A DNA stretch of 63,974 nt, the filler included, from Octopus bimaculoides (lineage: Eukaryota): assembly GCF_001194135.2 (NCBI RefSeq). It is 5 parts of 5 records of this genome, joined end to end, with 100 filler letters (N's around TTAATTAATTAA, not from the genome) between each part and the next. Parts side by side here need not be neighbours in the genome. Positions count along the whole stretch, not along the records: positions 1 to 15,591 come from NW_026395406.1; 4 more parts are not named here. The stretch is one strand, 5' to 3'. The position numbers and the translations under genes were made by a program. Under the pieces are notes generated by a model. It had not been told where the DNA came from and made no database searches. It saw only the letters and a program-made list of their open reading frames with translations. Every line of letters begins with the position of its first letter. Within the stretch, counting starts at the first letter, position 1. Below are positions 1 to 9,117 of the stretch, piece after piece.

Positions 1-1
1 T

Positions 2-574
2 AGGATTATCTTCAGAAATTTCTATTAATTTGCTACAATTATTATTGGTATTATCAATATCCTTTTGATCTTGAAAATTATCTTTAACAGTGTCTCTAGT
101 ATTATTATTATTGCTCTCTATATTTATGTCAATAGAATCATGACTAGAATTAGAGGATAAAAGATTAAAGTTATGAGCGGCGATAATTTGGGTTAAATTT
201 TTGGTATTAGAGAAACCGAACCTTACCTTATGCGCGTTAATGACTTTATAGTAATGTGAGTTTTTAGGAAAATATTTACTAACTACATTCCTAAATAAAC
301 GAACTAAATTTGATTTAATTTGTTTCTCATATGGAACGACGAACTATAAACTATCCTGTTTATTGGAATTATAACTTACATTATTATTCATAAAAAACTT
401 AAGTTTACCATTATCAGTGCTTGATACACGACCGTTGGATTTTGGTCTATGTTTAATCTTTCTAAATAAGTTAACATTATTATTATTATTATTATTATAA
501 GAAAGAAGTCGCGTGAAGATATTGCGTAAAGAAAAAGAATAGAATAAAGAGATATAACAACTTGAGTGAAAGTT
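2..574 (-). pseudogene. Penelope-like element (YRDD/WFNPP type) RT C-terminal region and Asn-rich linker, one in-frame stop
   Basis: Minus-strand translation ...QDSL*FVVPYEKQIKSNLVRLFRNVVSKYFPKNSHYYKVINAHKVRFGFSNTKNLTQIIAAHNFNLL matches the PLE motif WFNPPYS..V.TN+...F..++.KHFP....L.KIFN...+KVSYS...N+..II.AHN. The TAG at 344-346 sits at the conserved Trp. The frame is otherwise open from 574 to the window start. Confidence 0.8.
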
Positions 575-911
575 TTATTTATGAAATCATGAACGAAAAT
601 TAAAATATATATAACTTAAATCATAATGGAACAATTAACTATATTGTAAACATTTTATGGAACTTTAAAATCTAAGTTATTATAGAGTCTAAAGAATAAG
701 ACTAAGATACATAAATTAAATAATATATATGAAATAAGCTAAAATACTATAATTAAATTAATTAATTAAAATATTAATATTATTAATTTCATAAAAATCA
801 TAGTGTCATTAAAATATTAATTCCTGAAGTTTACTGTAAATATTAACGTACCAATGAATACACAATTAAATATATAAATTATAACTACTACAATTAGTAA
901 AGAAGGAATAG

Positions 912-946
<35 letters not shown>

Positions 947-1086
947 NNNNNNNNNNNNNNNNNNNNNNNNNNNNNNNNNNNNNNNNNNNNNNNNNNNNNN
1001 NNNNNNNNNNNNNNNNNNNNNNNNNNNNNNNNNNNNNNNNNNNNNNNNNNNNNNNNNNNNNNNNNNNNNNNNNNNNNNNNNNNNNN

Positions 1087-1122
<36 letters not shown>

Positions 1123-1229
1123 TGACAGTTAGCTAAATTTATATAAATAATGTAATTTATGTCTACATATAATTTTTCGTTCATCAAAAGAATTAATCAA
1201 TTTATTATATTTACAATCTTCGCTTAGGT

Positions 1230-1690
1230 TTACCTCAGTATATTAATTTCTTTACATAAGGAGAAATAAAAGTATATAATGAATCATTGGATTCTCTCTC
1301 TTCCTCCTCTCGTTTTTAGTTTGCCATTTTTTTAACGTTTGATTTTTGGATTTTACTGTGGTCCATTATGCCTTCCTCTAATTTAAACTTTTAGTATAGC
1401 GTTCATAGCCTATCTCCCTTAATAACTCCCTGTAAAGCAGCGTTCTTGTTTCTAACGGTAATTTACTTAGCTATATAATGTTATATATAACTCGCACGTA
1501 ACCTTAACATTCAGCATAAGTCTTGCTTTTGTTTGTTGGTTCCCTGACGATGAATATATGTGCAATTCCAGCACCTCTTACTTCTTTGGAGTAGAGTGCA
1601 CATATATTTTGAAACATATGTAGGAATTAAAGGAACTTATTGTTTATATGCGTTTTGCTCCATTTATTATTATTCTTCATATCTACTCAA
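1230..1690 (+). mobile_element. PLE pseudo-LTR/terminal repeat carrying a hammerhead motif
   Basis: Shares GAGA(A/T)ATAA...AATGAA(G)TCATTGG...TCTTCCT with the tail that follows the PLE endonuclease at about 2850-2900. Contains the hammerhead at 1538-1628. Confidence 0.6.
1538..1628 (+). ncRNA. Type I hammerhead ribozyme with intact core (HHR-A)
   Basis: Stem I GGUUCC(1538-43)/GGAAUU(1623-28). CUGACGA at 1544-50. 13-bp stem II arms 1552-64/1597-1609. GAAA at 1611-14. Palindromic ACAUAUGU at 1614-21. GUA cleavage triplet ending at 1622. Confidence 0.85.
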
Positions 1691-1694
1691 AATA

Positions 1695-1836
1695 CATCAC
1701 TTTAACATGGTATTTCTACCTATTAAACGGGTGTGATATCCCAGTTTTTTTGTGTGATTTTTGCTATCCATGGTAACTATTAACATATTTACATTATCGA
1801 AGTTTTTCAACCGAGATAATATTAATATATACATAA

Positions 1837-1838
<2 letters not shown>
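1695..1838 (+). repeat. Unclassified dispersed repeat (second copy at 43812-43950 on the minus strand)
   Basis: CATCACTTTAAC..TCTACCTAT.AAACGGGTGTGATATCC..TTTTTTTGTGTGATTTTTGCTATCCAT aligns with the reverse complement of 43812-43950. Both copies end at a (TA)n tract. Confidence 0.8.
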
Positions 1839-1872
<34 letters not shown>

Positions 1873-1874
<2 letters not shown>

Positions 1875-2027
1875 GACGAGCTTCCTTCAGTTTGCGTCAA
1901 CCAAATCCACTCACAAGTCTCTGGACAGCCCGAGGCTATGGTAAAAGACACTTGCCCAAGGTGCCATACAATGGGATTGAACCCGTAACTATGTAGTTGG
2001 GAAGCAAGCTTCTTGTCACACAACCAC
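1873..2027 (-). mobile_element. tRNA-derived CORE-SINE (octopus OR2-like), head and CORE fragment
   Basis: Reverse complement has a degenerate tRNA head, GGCACCTTGGGCAAGTGTCTT (CORE signature) and CTTGTGAGTGGATTTGGT. Same family as 35562-35915. Confidence 0.8.
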
Positions 2028-2038
2028 ATATTAAGTGA

Positions 2039-2347
2039 ATGATCACCGGCTACTTTGGTTGCATCCAGTTACGCTTCAAAACAACCAACTTTACATCTAG
2101 GTGGCAAGACCTAGAGAAAGTAATCATTACTGGCTGTACAATTTCTCCCATTCTTTTCAATAGTTGCTGATATAGAAGTCCAAGGACCAAGAATGGATTG
2201 AGGCATTCAGCAAATCAAATAAGGAGTTTCATGAATGATCTTCCAATGACGACCACCACACATATGGAGACAGAACGGGTGCTAACTTCACTTGAATACA
2301 CGTCAACATGGGCTACACTGAAGCTTAAGACCAAGAAATGGTCTTAA
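2039..2347 (+). pseudogene. Non-LTR retrotransposon RT fragment, Hero/R2-group-like
   Basis: YFGCIQLRFKTTNFTSRWQDLEKVIITGCTISPILF, then after a frameshift IRSFMNDLPMTTTTHMETERVLTSLEYTSTWATLKLKTKKWS. Corresponds to the G...GCTISPILF / +RAFMDD / WARM.FKP.KSRS pattern. Confidence 0.75.
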
Positions 2348-2830
2348 ATTCAACATATAATAAAAATAACTCCAATTTGTCGGTAACCTTGAATAATGGA
2401 AACTCATCTTCCATAAATATAGACAATAGCAAAAATAAATTAGGGAAATCATGTAGCTGTAGAAAAATCGATTTATGCCCGCTTGAAAGATTCTGCCTCT
2501 GTAAAAATGTAGTATATAAATGTACAGATAAGTATCAGATAAGTATCAGGTTAGAACATATATAGGTAGTACTGTTGAATTCAAAAAAAAGATATAGAAC
2601 GCATTTAGATTCATTTACTAACATTAAATATTAAAATTCTACTACTCTAGTCTCATATATACATAATTTAAGGAATAACAACATTAATCATAAAATTTCT
2701 TGGTCTAATGATATAAGTAACAAATGCAATTTATGCATTAAAGAATCATTATTCTTAAATCATACAATTCGGGCACATAAAATAAATTCTCTGGTACCAT
2801 TCATTCATGCACTCATAAATTTCACTCTTC
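2348..2830 (+). pseudogene. PLE GIY-YIG endonuclease (Cys-rich type), frameshifted
   Basis: KSCSCRKIDLCPLERFCLCKNVVYKCT...RTYIGSTVEFKK/RYRTHLDSFTNIKY*NSTTLVSYIHNLRNNNINHKISW...KCNLCIKES. An 11-bp duplication (GATAAGTATCA) and an extra A in the 2583-2590 run break the frame. Confidence 0.85.
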
Positions 2831-3105
2831 TTTCATGAAACTCTATAAGACGAGATATAAGGAATGAAGTCATTGGCAACACTTTTTCTTCCTCTATTAG
2901 TAATTATTCCCGGAATTTATTGGACAAATCTACCTTTCATCTTTATTCTCCCATCATCCTTCACTATAGGTATATAAATGTGAATCAACGTAAAAGTGAT
3001 TTCTAGCTGATGGAGTAGCCGACGACTAACGTTATATAACCAAAAATTTCTTTCTTTCTTTCCTTTCTCTTACATGTCTTCAAACTTGATTAATTATCTA
3101 GTTAC

Positions 3106-3501
3106 TTATTCCTGATGAGTGGAGGCGCAATGGCCCAGTAGTTAGGGCAGCGGACTCGCGGTCATAGGATCGCGGTTTCGATTCCCAGACCGGGCGTTGT
3201 GAGTGTTTATTGAGCGAAAACACCTAAAGCTCCACGAGGCTCCGGCAGGGGATGGTGGCGAACCCTGCTGTACTTGTCCACTACAACTTTCTCTCACTCT
3301 TTCTTCCTGTTTCTGCTGTACCTGTGTTTCAAAAAACCAGCTTTGTCACACTGTGTCACGCTGAATATCCCCGAGAACTACATTAAGGGTACACGTGTCT
3401 GTGGAGTGCTCAGCCACTCGCACGTTAATTTCACGAGCAGGCTATTCCGTTGATTGGATCAACTGGAACTATTTTGAAAAACATTTGAGTATGTTGAATA
3501 A
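3106..3501 (+). ncRNA. Hammerhead remnant split by a SINE insertion (HHR-B)
   Basis: UUAUUC(3106-11)-CUGAUGA(3112-18), then SINE 3121-3470, then GAAAAACAU-UUGAGU-AUGU-U-GAAUAA(3476-3501). Stem I pairs 6/6 across the SINE. It lies directly 3' of the PLE endonuclease. Confidence 0.6.
3121..3470 (+). mobile_element. tRNA-derived SINE, near full length
   Basis: A box TGGCCCAGTAG and B box GGTTTCGATTCCC. Head about 95% identical to 23089-23214. The 3' part (GAGAACTAC.TTAAGGGTACACGTGTCTGTGGAGTGCTCAGCCA) is shared with 36955-37140. Confidence 0.9.
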
Positions 3502-3780
3502 CAAATTACTGTGGATGAATAATGGTAAATATATTTTAAAGTTATACATGTTTTTTTTTCTAAATTTATGGGAATATACTGCTGGAGATAGTAACAAAAT
3601 TAAAGTAAATTAATTTTTTTTAATTGATTTATTTAATTTGTCTATTAAACATGAAACTAGTTCAGTATTAACCACTGTAATTTTAAAATAAACATTATCC
3701 ACCTCGCCCGCCCTTACAACTTGTTTTATTTAAACAGTCATTATTCAACACGCATGCAAGACAACTTTTTTAACTGCTCC

Positions 3781-3804
3781 CCTCTCTCTCTCTCTCTTTC
3801 TCTC

Positions 3805-3853
<49 letters not shown>

Positions 3854-4385
3854 ATCTCTCTCTATAATATATGTGTGCGCGTGTGTGTATGTATGTATAC
3901 ACACATATATATATATACACACGTACTTATATATCTCAACACATTTCTCGGACCAGCAGGGCTGACACGTTAAGTGGAGTTGGCACCAATCTTAATTATG
4001 AGAATTTCACGCCATTTGTCACTAGCAATGATGATTGACGACAGAGCTCTGCTGTCAGGGTAGATAACTCTGTCGTAGATAATGACAGCGGCGCCCTTGT
4101 TAAGATAATAGGAAGAGATGGCTAGGGAGGAGTTATCTACATGTTTGTGTGAGCATCTATCTCTAACTGGCAGTGTGCTTCCATATAAAGTGCATGTGTG
4201 TGTGTGCGTGTCTGTGTGTATGTGTGTGTGTGTCTGTGTGTGTGTGTCTGTGTGTCTGTGTGTCTGTGTGTCTGTGTCTGTGTGTGCGTGTGTGTGTGTG
4301 CGTGTGTATGTGTGCGTGTGTGTGCGCGCGCGAGTGCGTGTGTATGTGTGCGTGTGTGTGCGCACGGGAGTGCGTGTTTGTGTGA
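3781..4385. repeat. (CT)n, (TA)n and degenerate (GT)n microsatellites
   Basis: Read directly. Source of the HT/CV-rich spurious ORFs. Confidence 0.9.
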
Positions 4386-4734
4386 ATGCAAGTGAGACAA
4401 ATGTCAGACGGTGTGAATTTGGAAAAGGGGGTAACGAATATGCGTGCATACAAGTATGAAATTATCATTGTGTGTGAGAGAAAGAGGGGGGGGAGAGAGC
4501 ATCTGAGTGTCAGAGTTATATATACCCCCTCCCTTACACAGATGCGTGTCTCTACGGGTACGCTTGTGTGTCAATGGAAGTATGACATGTGACTGTATAA
4601 AAGGATTGAATTGAGGTGTGTTTATTTCTAATTTATTGCGTCTTTGAGTGGGGAAGTATGTGTGTGTATGTATATACATATATGTGTGTGTATGTATGTG
4701 TGTGTGTCTGTCTGTATGTGTGTGTGTGTGTGTG

Positions 4735-4860
4735 TGTGGTTGTGTTGTAAGAAGCTTGCTTCCACACCACATGGTTCCGGGTTAGTCTTTTATTATAGCC
4801 TCGGGCCGACCAAAGCTTTATGAGCGGATTTGGAATACGGAAAGTAGAAGAAGCCCGTCG
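4735..4860 (+). mobile_element. CORE-SINE head fragment with internal deletion
   Basis: GGTTGTGTTGTAAGAAGCTTGCTTCC...CCACATGGTTCCGGGTT..[deletion]..TATAGCCTCGGGCCGACCAAAGC...AGAAGCCCGTCG. Confidence 0.8.
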
Positions 4861-5379
4861 TATATATATATACACACACACATATATATATATATATANN
4901 NNNNNNNNNNNNNNNNNNNNNNNNNNNNNNNNNNNNNNNNNNNNNNNNNNNNNNNNNNNNNNNNNNNNNNNNNNNNNNNNNNNNNNNNNNNNNNNNNNNN
5001 NNNNNNNNNNNNNNNNNNNNNNNNNNNNNNNNNNNNNNNNNNNNNNNNNNNNNNNNNNNNNNNNNNNNNNNNNNNNNNNNNNNNNNNNNNNNNNNNNNNN
5101 NNNNNNNNNNNNNNNNNNNNNNNNNNNNNNNNNNNNNNNNNNNNNNNNNNNNNNNNNNNNNNNNNNNNNNNNNNNNNNNNNNNNNNNNNNNNNNNNNNNN
5201 NNNNNNNNNNNNNNNNNNNNNNNNNNNNNNNNNNNNNNNNNNNNNNNNNNNNNNNNNNNNNNNNNNNNNNNNNNNNNNNNNNNNNNNNNNNNNNNNNNNN
5301 NNNTGTGTGTGTGTGTGTGTAAATATATAAAAGGATAAAGAGAGCAATGGCAAGGCTGGAAATATATTTTATGGATAGA

Positions 5380-5428
5380 GTCTTACAGCTGTTTCTGGGA
5401 AGCTCCAGTACTTCCCTTCATCGGAGAC
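5380..5428 (-). ncRNA. Minimal type I hammerhead, U4C variant (HHR-C)
   Basis: Minus strand GUCU CCGAUGA A GGGAAG UACUGGAG CUUCCC A GAAA CAGCUG UA AGAC. Stem I 4 bp, stem II 6 bp, palindromic ACAGCUGU, GUA triplet. Confidence 0.8.
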
Positions 5429-5429
5429 A

Positions 5430-6000
5430 GAAATAGTAAAGGAATCGATTATTATATCCATAGGCGGAGAGTTTTAGTATGAAGTGATAGTGAGCGTGAT
5501 GCGCTGAAAAAAGAAAGAAAGAGAGAACAGTACTTGGAGTGTAGTTTCATTCCGGTAGTAAGTATTTGTGTAAAGTAATCCTTGTGGGAATAATCCGGAA
5601 ATAGTTGCTGCACCAAAGGCTGAGATAGCAGAGGTGAATATATGCCACATTGTGTCCGAGGTATTTTGCTTGTGTTTACTTGAAGGATGCCCAAGTCAAG
5701 TGAGAAATGTGCGTAGGGTAAGTAGGTCAAGTCTTGAAGACAGAATGGGAAGAGGATAGAGGAAAGATTCAGGTGGAGAATGGTAGTGGTATATTTTTAT
5801 GGTCAGTTGATCTGACTGGATAGAGAGGATGAGTAAAGTGAGGGAAGGAGGAGGGGGGATGAGGTTAAATGGTTTAGTGAGTAAGAAGGAATGCGCAGAG
5901 GTAGTATATAGGTGGTGGGGGTATGGGTGATAAACCAAGGACAGTAATAAAGGGAGAGAGGAGTTGGGATAGGTAGTTAGTAGTATCATATTCTAAAAGA
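5430..6000 (-). mobile_element. Probable degraded PLE 3' region upstream of HHR-C
   Basis: CT-rich on the minus strand like the other PLE copies. Weak FILKLSAYGYN similarity to the PLE endonuclease C-terminus just before the ribozyme. Not firmly alignable by eye. Confidence 0.3.
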
Positions 6001-6042
6001 TAGCTAAACCTATTTACAGACGGTGGAATTGGGATTGAAAGT

Positions 6043-6340
6043 TTAATATGCCCTACAAAATCCGACCTCGGAAGAATTAGTAAAAATATTTTAGACAAGA
6101 TAATACCAATCGTCAAAGAGAAACTACATGCAAATCTATGGTACCACACCGGGGAGATCATTGCATGGTTCCACACCTTGGAGAACAAAATCTCCTTCTC
6201 GTTCCTCCAATTCGATATCAACAATTATTACTCCTCTATATCTCCTAAACTTTTAAATAAGGCCATTCTTTTCGTCAGGAATCTTACTAGCATAACCTCT
6301 TTAGAAATTAACATTATAATCAACGCTCGCAAAACTCTTA
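6043..6340 (+). pseudogene. PLE (YRDD/WFNPP type) RT fragment covering motif A
   Basis: Open frame LICPTKSDLGRISKNILDKIIPIVKEKLHANLWYHTGEIIAWFHTLENKISFSFLQFDINNYYSSISPKLLNKAILFVRNLTSITSLEINIIINARKTL; compare RLINP.KS++GRISK...W..T..+I.WF...FIQFDI.+FYPSI. Confidence 0.85.
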
Positions 6341-6897
6341 TAGCTTTCATTTTTATGGAGAACATTATTTTTCTTTGTGGTTGGGTCGTTGATGACCTCT
6401 TTCTAACATATTGGATGTCCACCTAGTGGTCATCCCTTATACACGTGTAATACAATTTTTTCTGAATTTTCAGATTTTTTATATGCTAGGCCACTTGGTT
6501 TTAAATTGAATTAATATTCAATTTATCATCCCATCTATATAAATATATATATGAGCAACACACACATACACACACGCACGTATGTACACCAATTGTATAC
6601 ATATTTTTTGTACGCATACATGTTCGTATGTGTGTGTGTTGCTCGTATATCAACAAAACACACACACACACACATCTTGCCTTACATATATATACGGATA
6701 AATGATCTAAAATAAATATATTTGGGAAATGGCGATTTACAGTACAATACGTAGAAACGTGAAAATCAGACCACATGGGTTTGTTTACATCAATTCGGCA
6801 GTTTCCAGAAAAAGTGTTGGGAAAGAACGCGAAAGAGACAGAGAGAGCGCGCTCTCCCTCTCTATCTCTCTCCTTCCCTTACACACATGCCAGTTAT

Positions 6898-7151
6898 CTC
6901 TCACCTCTCTCTCTCCCTCCCTTACACACATGCCAGTTTTCTCTCTTTCTTTTTTTCTTTCTCTCCCTGTCTCACACACACAGCAACATTACGCACACAC
7001 ACATGCTGCTCTCTCACACTACCAAAAGAACTTCACATACACACCACACTTTTTATCTCGTATACTCACTATAAAAAGATAGCATCTATTTCTTTTTGGC
7101 AACATGTGTTTTTTTGTGTAATGTTGCTGTGTGTGTGAGAGAAGGAGAGAG

Positions 7152-7234
<83 letters not shown>

Positions 7235-7275
7235 GAGATAACTGGCATGTGTGTAAGGGAGGGAGAGAGATAGAG
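6898..7275. repeat. Inverted repeat pair with simple-repeat-rich arms
   Basis: CCCTTACACACATGCCAGTT..CTCTCTTTC...CTCACACACACAGCAACATTAC.CA (about 6898-7010) recurs reverse-complemented at about 7098-7275, where the TTTC tract has expanded to (GAAA)n. Confidence 0.8.
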
Positions 7276-7754
7276 AGAGTGATAGAGAGAGAGAAGGTAT
7301 TTTTTTCTTTTTGCTTGTTGTTTGCTGCGTTTTTTTCTTTTTGCCTGTTGTTTGCTGCTTACCACACAACTGTTAAGAAATAGCGCCCTCTCCTACTTTT
7401 TTTTTGTTAGACGCTGCAAACAAAATGTAACTCTCCTTCACCCTCCTCTCACAAACATACAATTTCTCTCTCTCTCCTTCAGGCGTAAACTTCGAAATTG
7501 GTAAAAGTTATGGTTGAAAATCGATTTTTACAGGTATACGCGGGTACCTCTGAGAGAGAAAGTTGACGAAAATGCACATAGGGTCATTCCGAATCTCCTC
7601 CTAAAATTGGAGCGACATACGTGCTAATTTGTGGACGTGCATAAACTACATTTACGTACACACACACACACACATCCTGCCTTATATCTATTCGGATATA
7701 TATTTATATACATGGGTGTGTATTTACATACACACATATATTTATATGAATTGC

Positions 7755-7810
7755 AGTGGATTGCCTATGTTCAGTCCACTGCAGGACGAAGGCTTCAACA
7801 TTGTTCTCTC
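7755..7810 (-). mobile_element. RTE-type LINE 3' end remnant
   Basis: Minus strand GTTGAAGCCTTCGTCCTGCAGTGGACTGAACATAGGC = VEAFVLQWT, the typical RTE C-terminus and 3' tail. Confidence 0.6.
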
Positions 7811-7954
7811 AGCCAACCAGAGTCCAATGCGGAAGCCGTGAACTTGAGCCTGGGTTCATACTGGTTTGATGAGCCTACTCTGCCACATTGACTCGACATA
7901 GCTGTGAAGAGGGGTGCAGTTTTTATGCTTTTATTGGGGAGTGGGTAAGTCTAT

Positions 7955-8092
7955 AACATCGACCCCATCGACTGGTACTTATTTTATCGACCCGGAAAGG
8001 ATGAAAAGCTAAGTCGGCCTCGGCGGAATTCGAACTCAGAACGCAAGAACAGACGGAATACTGCTAAGCATTTCGCACGGTGTCGTAACGAT
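7955..8092 (-). mobile_element. tRNA-derived SINE with Deu/Nin-like central domain
   Basis: Reverse complement has GTTCTGAGTTCGAATTCCGCCGAGGCCGAC...TTTCATCCTTTCCGGGTCGATAAAATAAGTACCAG...GGGGTCGATG. Confidence 0.85.
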
Positions 8093-8225
8093 ATATCATT
8101 TAATACACACAATTACAAAAGAGCTACTAATAGTTTCATTCTTTGTGATACATTTAATTGGCAGATTTATCTAACATGCCATGTACCTCCAGGCAATCTT
8201 TCAGATTTAATACATAAGGTTAAAT

Positions 8226-8867
8226 GTATTTAAAACCAGGACGCTGGATTATGAGAAAACATGAGAAGAAAACAACTGAGAGGGAAAAAACGCGAAGAAA
8301 GTTGATGCAAAAAGTGGAACGAGAGGAAAGAAAAATTTAAAAAACCCAAGATCTTCGTCCTCTTTGACTGAAGAAACCATAATGTAGCTGGTGTAGAATA
8401 ATATACTATATATATGATTCACATACAATCAAATAGAGAATTGTGGAGAAATATACGCCATCTATAAGTGGAGAAAATATGTGCAAGTTGTGCATATCTG
8501 AAAGATTGCACATTCTTTTTATGTCCAAGAATTCTACCATACTACTTAATCCGAGATCCGGAACTTTTAACCAATGCAAGCGCATGTACAGGTTTTTTAT
8601 CGAACTGGAAGAAATCACCCGCACCGGACTGAGTATCGAGCGCAAACTTTGGCCACCTTTCTGTTATATTACTCTGCAGAGGCTGCATTAATTATGATTT
8701 CTATAGTAAAAAGGGACGAAGATCTTAGTTTTCTTGCTTTTCTTTTAAATTTAACTTCCCGCTTTTTGCATCAACATTCTTCGCGTTTTTTCACCCTCTT
8801 GATTCTTTTTCACTTCTCGTTTTGTCTCATGTCTTTTTTATAGCCCAGTGGCTTGGTTTTTAGATAC
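8226..8867. mobile_element. Old foldback/MITE-like element with imperfect inverted arms of about 160-175 bp
   Basis: 8226-8383 aligns with the reverse complement of 8691-8867 (shared blocks GAAAAAACGCGAAGAA.GTTGATGCAAAAAG and AAGATCTTCGTCC.TTT.ACT..AGAAA.CATAAT). Spacer about 305 bp. Confidence 0.75.
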
Positions 8868-9040
8868 CTCTAATGATATGCAATGAGCTTGAAAGAATTC
8901 TTGGAGATGCATAGTATGTTATATAAATATACCAATTTAATATATCTTAAAGCGTAAAACTATTAGTAGCCCTTTTGTAATTGTGTACATTAAATGATAT
9001 TTACCTCTCATTGGAAGGAGTACTTTTTGTTGATACCACC

Positions 9041-9117
<77 letters not shown>

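Noticed and set aside
1-900. Possible mitochondrial insertion (very AT-rich; plus frame 3 reads through TGA as if in the mitochondrial code)
   Set aside because: The minus strand gives a clear PLE protein match. The plus-strand pattern is its antisense shadow.
3121-3195. tRNA gene
   Set aside because: It has A and B boxes but no acceptor stem closure and continues into a SINE body. The same holds for the other tRNA-like heads.
3970-4881. Many 60-400 aa ORFs rich in HT, CV, YI or X, here and throughout the window
   Set aside because: They are translations of (CA)n/(TA)n microsatellites or run through N gaps.
8406-8645. LINE-like LHWLKV motif in a minus-strand ORF
   Set aside because: Only a short motif with no supporting flanking residues. 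It lies in the spacer of an inverted-repeat element.
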